Source of the DNA: Dehalococcoidia bacterium
Lineage (GTDB): Bacteria; Chloroflexota; Dehalococcoidia; Lucifugimonadales; JADFKI01
Direction of reading: 5' to 3'
Length of the DNA stretch: 64,000 nucleotides
Assembly (NCBI GenBank): GCA_965204605.1
Contig: OZ241999.1
Span: 364,598 to 428,597 of the forward strand
The position numbers were made by a program, and so were the translations under genes. Below are positions 58,729 through 64,000 of the stretch, piece after piece (the first letter of the stretch is position 1; every line of letters begins with the position of its first letter). Below the pieces are notes generated by a model that worked only from the letters and a program-made list of their open reading frames with translations, ran no database searches and was not told the DNA's origin.

Positions 58729-59727
58729 ATGACGACTCCTGAGTTTGATGTACGCCCGTCGGCGCTGGTGGGCGACCGTAGCGATGTGCAGGCGCAACGC
58801 ATACTGACGATTCTTCGCAACGACAGCTTTAGCCCGAATGTTACGATGCAGTTCACGACGGCGCGGGACGGCGTGTTGTGCGGGATGAGCGAGGTTCGGG
58901 CGCTGCTGCTGAAGGTGCTGCCCGAAACCGGCGCTGAGGCGTGGGCGCTTGCGGACGGCGATAAAATCGATGCGCGCGAAGTGGCGCTGCGTGTGAGAGC
59001 GCCGTACAGCGCATTCGGGCTGTATGAGGGGACGATTTGCGGGATACTGGCGTCTTGCAGCGGCTGGGCAACGGCGGCGCGCGAGTGCGTGGACGCGGCG
59101 GCGGGCATTCCGGTGGTAGCCAATTCATCGCAGAGCGCGCATCCGAATGTCGTGCCGCTGATAGACTATTCGGCGGTGGTGGGCGGCTGCGCGGCGGTGT
59201 CCACGGCGCTGGGCGCGCGGCTGGCAAGCGTAACGCCCACGGGGTATATGTCGCACACGCTGCCGTTGCTGATGGGCGATACGGTGCGCGCGATGCAGTC
59301 TTTTGACCGCCATATGCCGCAGGAAATCCCGCGCATCGGCATCGTGGACACCTTCAAGGATGAGGCGGAAGAGGCGGTGGCATTGGCGCGCGCGTTCAGG
59401 GATACGCTGCGCGGCGTCAACATCAGCACGCCGCCGGAGCGGGGCGGGATAACGCCGGATCTGGTGAAAGAGGTGCGCGCGCGACTGAACGCAAGCAACT
59501 TCAATCATGTTGACATCTTCATTACGCACGGCGTTACGCAAGATAAGATACGGCAGTTCGTAGCGGCGGGCGCGCCGGTGAGCGGCTTCAGCGTGAGCGA
59601 TGCTATCGTGAATGCGCCGCCAATCGGGTTTGGCGCTGACATACACGAAGTCGACGATAAACCGGTGGCGCGGCGGGGCAGAACGCCGGGCGTAACGCCG
59701 AGCCCGCGTCTCGATCGCATCATCTAG
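58729..59727 (+). CDS. Nicotinate phosphoribosyltransferase-like (type II PRTase, archaeal-type subgroup)
   Basis: 332 aa from ATG 58729. It shows the overall pattern of the quinolinate/nicotinate PRTase family (N-terminal alpha/beta domain, then a barrel with ...HTLPLLMGD..., VDTF.DE and GV..I.TPPERGG). The assignment is tentative. Confidence 0.5.
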   Translation: MTTPEFDVRPSALVGDRSDVQAQRILTILRNDSFSPNVTMQFTTARDGVLCGMSEVRALLLKVLPETGAEAWALADGDKIDAREVALRVRAPYSAFGLYEGTICGILASCSGWATAARECVDAAAGIPVVANSSQSAHPNVVPLIDYSAVVGGCAAVSTALGARLASVTPTGYMSHTLPLLMGDTVRAMQSFDRHMPQEIPRIGIVDTFKDEAEEAVALARAFRDTLRGVNISTPPERGGITPDLVKEVRARLNASNFNHVDIFITHGVTQDKIRQFVAAGAPVSGFSVSDAIVNAPPIGFGADIHEVDDKPVARRGRTPGVTPSPRLDRII

Positions 59728-61214
59728 CCGACGGCGGGCGGCTTTGGGCTATCGTCGCGGCGAAATCTCAGATGCAAACGGCGCTTGGTTGCATCCGTGA
59801 CGCGCGCCCAGTGCGCTATGCGCCAGCCGACGACGCAGGCGATGCCGTTCCGCGATATAAGCAGCGGCACTCCGTCGCGCCAACGGCGGGGGATGCGCTC
59901 ATCCACCATAAAGTCCTGAAGTTTCTTTGACTGCGCCATACCCAGCGGCTGAAACCGGTCGCCGGGGCGTCGCGCGCGCAGATGCAGCGCTGCGCCCACG
60001 CTGTCTAGGTCTAGCGTTTCGCTGAAGCCGTCGGAGTCCGCGATTGCGCCGCAGGCGTCGACGTCGACGGCATTGCAGACGGACGCGTTTATGCGCCAGC
60101 CGGGGATGCGGGTTTCGCCGGGGACGGCAAGCGGGTATTCGCCACATATCGCGGGCAGCGGTGAAAGCGCATCCGTTACCGATGCGCCATCCCCGATATA
60201 CGCTTCGTCGTAGCCGATTGCGAATAGGATGCAGTCGGGCAGATGCAGCGTTCTGCCGGCGGGTCCGTCGATAAGCCGTCGCATATCTAGTATGTGGCGG
60301 CGGGTGATGCCTTCGGCGCTGCCCTTGACGGCTTGAACGGCGCGGCGCAGTATTCGGCTCTGAACGGCGGGATGCTGCATCGCAAGCGCTTGCGTATTCA
60401 GCGCAATCACGCCTTCACTTGCTTCGGATTGGCGCGCTATATCCTGCCATACGGCGTTGGTCTGCGCCCGGATATAGTCGGCATCCTCGGCGGCGTTGCG
60501 CGTAAGTCGCAGCAGCGCATCGCGCGCGGCGGGGTTGAAGCGCTCCAACATCGGCATAAGCTCAAGGCGAATGCGGTTGCGGGTGTGTTCAAGCGATAGG
60601 TTGGATGCGTCTTGACGGGGCTGCAGTCCGAGCGCGGCGCAGTAGGCGTGCGTTTGCGCGCGGCTTACGCCTAGCAGCGGACGAAACAGCGTTAGATCTG
60701 CTGCGTCGATGGCAAGGCGGTCGAGCGGTTGCATGCCGCGCAGTCCGTCGAGTCCGCTGCCGCGGATGATGTTCATAAGCAGCGTTTCGGCTTGGTCGTC
60801 GGCGGTGTGCGCTATGGCGACGGCATGCGCGGTGTGGCGTGCGGCCGCGTCGGCTAGGAATGCGTAGCGCACGCGGCGGGCGGCGTCTTCCAGCGATAGC
60901 CTATGCGCGCGGCGGTAGGCGGCGACGTCGGCACGCTGCAGGGTATAGGGCATTCCCAAGCGCCGAAACGCCGCGGCTACGAATGCGGCGTCGGCGTCGG
61001 ATTCGTCGCCGCGCAATGTGTGGTTCAGGTGCGCGCCGCATAAGCGCAGGTCGAATTCGGCTTGCGCCTGATGCAGCGCGTAGAGTAGCGCTAGGGAATC
61101 GCCGCCGCCGGAGACTGCAACAAGCAACGTCTTGCCGCGCATATCGCAGGCGGTCAGCGTGGCGGCGAGCGCTTGGCGCAAGGGCAACAGGGCGGCGCTA
61201 TCGGGCGAGCGCAT
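59724..61214 (-). CDS. tilS: tRNA(Ile)-lysidine synthase
   Basis: PP-loop LLVAVSGGGDSLALL, HLNH.LRG..SD.DA.FV, HTADDQAETLLMN..RGSG, and a C-terminal RRPGDRF.PLGM...KKLQDF domain. Confidence 0.9.
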   Translation of the reverse strand: MRSPDSAALLPLRQALAATLTACDMRGKTLLVAVSGGGDSLALLYALHQAQAEFDLRLCGAHLNHTLRGDESDADAAFVAAAFRRLGMPYTLQRADVAAYRRAHRLSLEDAARRVRYAFLADAAARHTAHAVAIAHTADDQAETLLMNIIRGSGLDGLRGMQPLDRLAIDAADLTLFRPLLGVSRAQTHAYCAALGLQPRQDASNLSLEHTRNRIRLELMPMLERFNPAARDALLRLTRNAAEDADYIRAQTNAVWQDIARQSEASEGVIALNTQALAMQHPAVQSRILRRAVQAVKGSAEGITRRHILDMRRLIDGPAGRTLHLPDCILFAIGYDEAYIGDGASVTDALSPLPAICGEYPLAVPGETRIPGWRINASVCNAVDVDACGAIADSDGFSETLDLDSVGAALHLRARRPGDRFQPLGMAQSKKLQDFMVDERIPRRWRDGVPLLISRNGIACVVGWRIAHWARVTDATKRRLHLRFRRDDSPKPPAVG

Positions 61215-62523
61215 CCGCGTCGACTTTGGGTTCGGCCTCTTCGCTCTCTTCAGCGGGGTATGAGCGCGTAATCTTGACCGTCTCTATCTTGAACGCCTTC
61301 ATCTCGATGACTTCGATTTTGAGATTATCGTACTCCAAGGTTTCGCCCTCTTCGGGGAAGTAGCCCAGCCTGTCAAGCACGAATCCGGCTAATGTGTCGA
61401 AGTCGCCGTGGGGCAGGTTGATGTGGAGCTCTTCGTTTGCTTCGTCGATGCTTATAGCGCCCTCAACCTGATAGGTGTTGTCGTCGATGCTTTCGTACTC
61501 GTCTGCGGGCGCAGCGCCCTCTTCGCCGTGCGCGCCCACCACCTCTTCGGATAGGCGCTTGAGGGTAACGATGCCGGCAAGCCCGCCGTATTCGTCCACA
61601 ATCAGCGCCATTTGGTTGCCGGAGCCGCGCATTTCGCCGAATAGTTCGGCGGTGCGCTTGGTTTCGGGGACGAACAGCCCTTCGCGCACAACGGCGGTTA
61701 CGCTGTCCGTGTACGCCATGCCGTGGAGCGCCATCGTTTTCAGCACATCCTTTGAGGATAGGATGCCGATGATGTTTTCAATTGAGTCTTCATACACCGG
61801 AAAGCGCGTGTGCGAATGCCGGCAGTAGATTTCTAGGAAATCGCTGAGAGTCGCGCCGCTGGGAATGCCTACGATTTCGGGGCGAGGGGTCATCACTTCG
61901 CGGACTTGGCGGTCGCCGAAGCGAAACACATTTTGGAGAAGCTCGGCCTCGGACGGCTCCAATGTGCCTTCGGCTTCGCCGATGTCTATGAGAGTGAGCA
62001 GTTCGCTTTCGGTAATGGAGTCGCGCTTTTGCGGCTCGGCGCCGAGCAGCCTTGTGGTGCGATTGGCGACCGCCTGCAGCACGAACACCACGGGCCACAG
62101 CGCCGTTTCTACGAGCGTGAGCGGGCGGGCGTACCGGAGCGATACGCTCTCGGCTTTGTGGACGGCGATTGTTTTGGGGATGATTTCGCCGAACAGCAGC
62201 AGCAGTAGCGTGCCTACCACTGTGGTTATTATCGTTGCCAGCGCCTCTCTATCCGGGCCGAGTATGTTGAGTACAACTAGGGTTATGAGCGCCGTCAGCG
62301 CGACATTGACTAGGTTGTTGCCCAGCAGGATGGTGGATAGCAGGCGTTCCGGCTTTTCAAGCATTGCGGCGACGCGGCGGGCGCCGGGCGTGTCCACGCT
62401 GACCAGGTGCGCGAGTCTAACGCGTTCCAGCGCGAGGAACGCCGCCTCTGACGACGAAAAGAACGCCGATAACAGGATGCACACCCCGATGAGAAGCAGG
62501 CTTAATAACTGTCCGTCCGCCAT
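61198..62523 (-). CDS. CNNM/CorC-family transporter (DUF21 TM domain + CBS pair + CorC_HlyC)
   Basis: FFSSSEAAF..L...RL, EIIPKT.A, REVMTPR..I and a C-terminal transporter-associated domain. Confidence 0.85.
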   Translation of the reverse strand: MADGQLLSLLLIGVCILLSAFFSSSEAAFLALERVRLAHLVSVDTPGARRVAAMLEKPERLLSTILLGNNLVNVALTALITLVVLNILGPDREALATIITTVVGTLLLLLFGEIIPKTIAVHKAESVSLRYARPLTLVETALWPVVFVLQAVANRTTRLLGAEPQKRDSITESELLTLIDIGEAEGTLEPSEAELLQNVFRFGDRQVREVMTPRPEIVGIPSGATLSDFLEIYCRHSHTRFPVYEDSIENIIGILSSKDVLKTMALHGMAYTDSVTAVVREGLFVPETKRTAELFGEMRGSGNQMALIVDEYGGLAGIVTLKRLSEEVVGAHGEEGAAPADEYESIDDNTYQVEGAISIDEANEELHINLPHGDFDTLAGFVLDRLGYFPEEGETLEYDNLKIEVIEMKAFKIETVKITRSYPAEESEEAEPKVDADALAR

Positions 62524-62655
62524 TGGGTTAACCTCCGTGGCTTGGGTTATGAGCGGGCGCGATAATGCGCGCGGCGGGCATGCGGTTCGCGGCCAAACTA
62601 GCGACGGCCGGGCGCAGGCTTGGGGCGCGCAGTGGGTTGGAGTTGAGAAGCATAG

Positions 62656-63150
62656 TTATGACTCCGCGCCGTCGGGATTGTCTTGGGATCGGGCAAGCCA
62701 AAGGCGCGATACAACGCGCCGGCTGACGGATGCGCTGAAGCCGCGCCGCGCCAAATAGCCGTAGAGTCTGCGATGAAAGGCGTCATAATCGGCGTTTCTG
62801 AGGCGCGGGGCGTATGCTGAAGCGGCGCGATAGGCGGCGTCCGAGTCGTCGACGCCGCTGACGGCGTTGTCCGCGATTTCGGCGTCGATGCCCTTGCCCA
62901 GCAGTTCGCGCTTGACCATATATGCGCTGCGGGGCTTGTTTCGCAGGCGGCTGTCTGTCCAGTTGCGCGCGAATGCGCGGTCGTCTATGAGAGATTGGGC
63001 GCAGAGGGATTGAATGACCTGATCCACGATTTCGGGGGGGTAGGCGCGGCGCAAGTGCGCTCTGACCTCTGCTTCGCTTCTAGGTCTGCGAGATAGGTGG
63101 CGTATTGCGGATGCGCTTGCGCGCCTGGTCTGCTCGCTGTCTTCGTTCAT
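62656..63150 (-). CDS. recX: Recombination regulator RecX
   Basis: 164 aa of three-helix repeats (A...LS.R.RSE.E....L......P..IV..VI..L......IDD..FA). Immediately downstream of recA. Confidence 0.8.
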   Translation of the reverse strand: MNEDSEQTRRASASAIRHLSRRPRSEAEVRAHLRRAYPPEIVDQVIQSLCAQSLIDDRAFARNWTDSRLRNKPRSAYMVKRELLGKGIDAEIADNAVSGVDDSDAAYRAASAYAPRLRNADYDAFHRRLYGYLARRGFSASVSRRVVSRLWLARSQDNPDGAES

Positions 63151-63313
63151 CTCAGGCCGGGGACCTTAATCGCTCCCGTCTCAGCCCTGCGCGGGCTTTT
63201 ATAGAATGCGCGTTAGCCGCCAATCTGATTTTAACACAAGTTTAACAGGCGATTGGGAATGCGTAAAGCGTCCGCAAGGCGCGCTTGCCGCCGATAGCGA
63301 ATGCGGATGCGCG

Positions 63314-63360
63314 GGATTGGCGATTTCGGGACGCTTGATGTCCGCGCATCCGTATTAGAT
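63314..63360. other. GC-rich hairpin after recA (GGATGCGCGG-N27-CCGCGCATCC)
   Basis: 10-bp perfect arms at 63314..63323 and 63351..63360. Shares the TGCGGATGCGCGGGA core with the hairpin at 53631. Confidence 0.5.
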
Positions 63361-63365
63361 CGAGG

Positions 63366-64000
63366 CTAGTCGGCGTTTGCCGCGCCGCCGATGAAGGTTA
63401 TGTTGGAGTCATCGTCGTCCGCCTGCTCGTCGGGTTCGGGCATGACGATTTGCGGGGAAAGCTTGTTGCGGACTATCTCTTCGATTTCGGCGGCGAGCAA
63501 CGGGTTGTCTATCAGGAAGTTCTTGGAGTTTTCGCGCCCCTGCCCAAGCCGAATGTCGCCGTATGAGTAGAACGAACCGCTCTTCTTGACGACGTCTTCG
63601 TTGACGCCGATGTCCAGAATTTCGCCGTGTTTGCTGATGCCTTCGCTGTACATAATGTCGAACTCGGATACGCGGAAGGGGGGCGCGACCTTGTTCTTGA
63701 CGATGCGGGCGCGCACGCGGTTGCCCAGCACATCGCTGCCCTGCTTGATGGATTCTAGGCGGCGCAGGTCTATTCGGACTGAGCTGTAGAACTTGAGCGC
63801 CCGACCGCCGGGCGTAACTTCGGGGTTGCCGAAAAATACGCCCACCTTTTCGCGGAGCTGATTGATGAATATGACGCAGGTGTTGGAGCGGCTGATGGCG
63901 GATGTGAGCTTGCGGAGCGCCTGCGACATAAGGCGCGCCTGCAGTCCGACGTGCGTATCGCCCATATCGCCTTCCAGTTCGGCGCGGGGGACGAGCGCCG
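63366..64000 (-). CDS. recA: Recombinase RecA, C-terminal ~210 aa (gene continues beyond the right edge)
   Basis: [32 protein letters not shown]......N...IFINQ.REK.GV.FGNPE.T.GG.ALKFY.SVR.D.RR. Confidence 0.95.
   Translation of the reverse strand, partial: ALVPRAELEGDMGDTHVGLQARLMSQALRKLTSAISRSNTCVIFINQLREKVGVFFGNPEVTPGGRALKFYSSVRIDLRRLESIKQGSDVLGNRVRARIVKNKVAPPFRVSEFDIMYSEGISKHGEILDIGVNEDVVKKSGSFYSYGDIRLGQGRENSKNFLIDNPLLAAEIEEIVRNKLSPQIVMPEPDEQADDDDSNITFIGGAANAD

Noticed and set aside
59724-59727. Convergent stop-codon overlap (CTAG) between the PRTase-like gene and tilS, as a possible regulatory feature.
   Set aside because: This is a trivial 4-nt overlap of TAG and CTA stops on opposite strands, common in compact genomes. 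Nothing else supports a function.

Overview
This is a high-GC (about 60%+) bacterial chromosomal window, and most of it is housekeeping genes on the minus strand. All identifications were made by eye from motifs and synteny; no database or HMM search was run.

Main gene blocks:
- 1-4 kb: the rpmH-rnpA-yidD ... yidC-jag membrane-insertase cluster.
- 12.2-15.1 kb: an hspR-grpE-dnaK heat-shock operon.
- 27-51.4 kb: an almost complete ribosomal supercluster. In transcription order it runs rpsL-rpsG-fusA-rpsJ-rplCDWB-rpsS-rplV-rpsC-rplP-rpmC-rpsQ-rplNXE-rpsNH-rplFR-rpsE-rpmD-rplO-secY-adk-[insert]-map-infA-rpmJ-rpsMK-[insert]-rpsD-rpoA-rplQ-truA-rplM-rpsI.
- 51.8-55.1 kb: a zur/znuB/znuA zinc-uptake locus.
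- 56.4-58.4 kb: groES-groEL with a CIRCE-like operator.
- 59.7-64 kb: tilS, a CNNM/CorC transporter, recX and a partial recA.

Accessory content:
- An AIPR-family abortive-infection gene sits between adk and map, with its own promoter.
- A membrane protein sits between rpsK and rpsD.
- A type II restriction-modification pair lies at 8.66-10.45 kb.
- Two tandem PaREP1/HEPN-like paralogs plus a PQQ-propeller lipoprotein are inserted between yidD and yidC.
- A 1001-aa Thr/Pro/Ala-repeat Fn3 surface protein lies divergent from a zinc-ribbon GT-C (PMT/ArnT-like) glycosyltransferase.
- A decayed IS1-family element and a cognate ~108-bp MITE are present.
- An unexplained array of six ~60-bp tandem repeats lies downstream of zur.

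The gene content (LLM oxidoreductase, enolase-superfamily enzyme, Thr/Pro linkers, HspR plus CIRCE) is compatible with a Chloroflexota-like or other monoderm high-GC lineage. That placement is only a guess.
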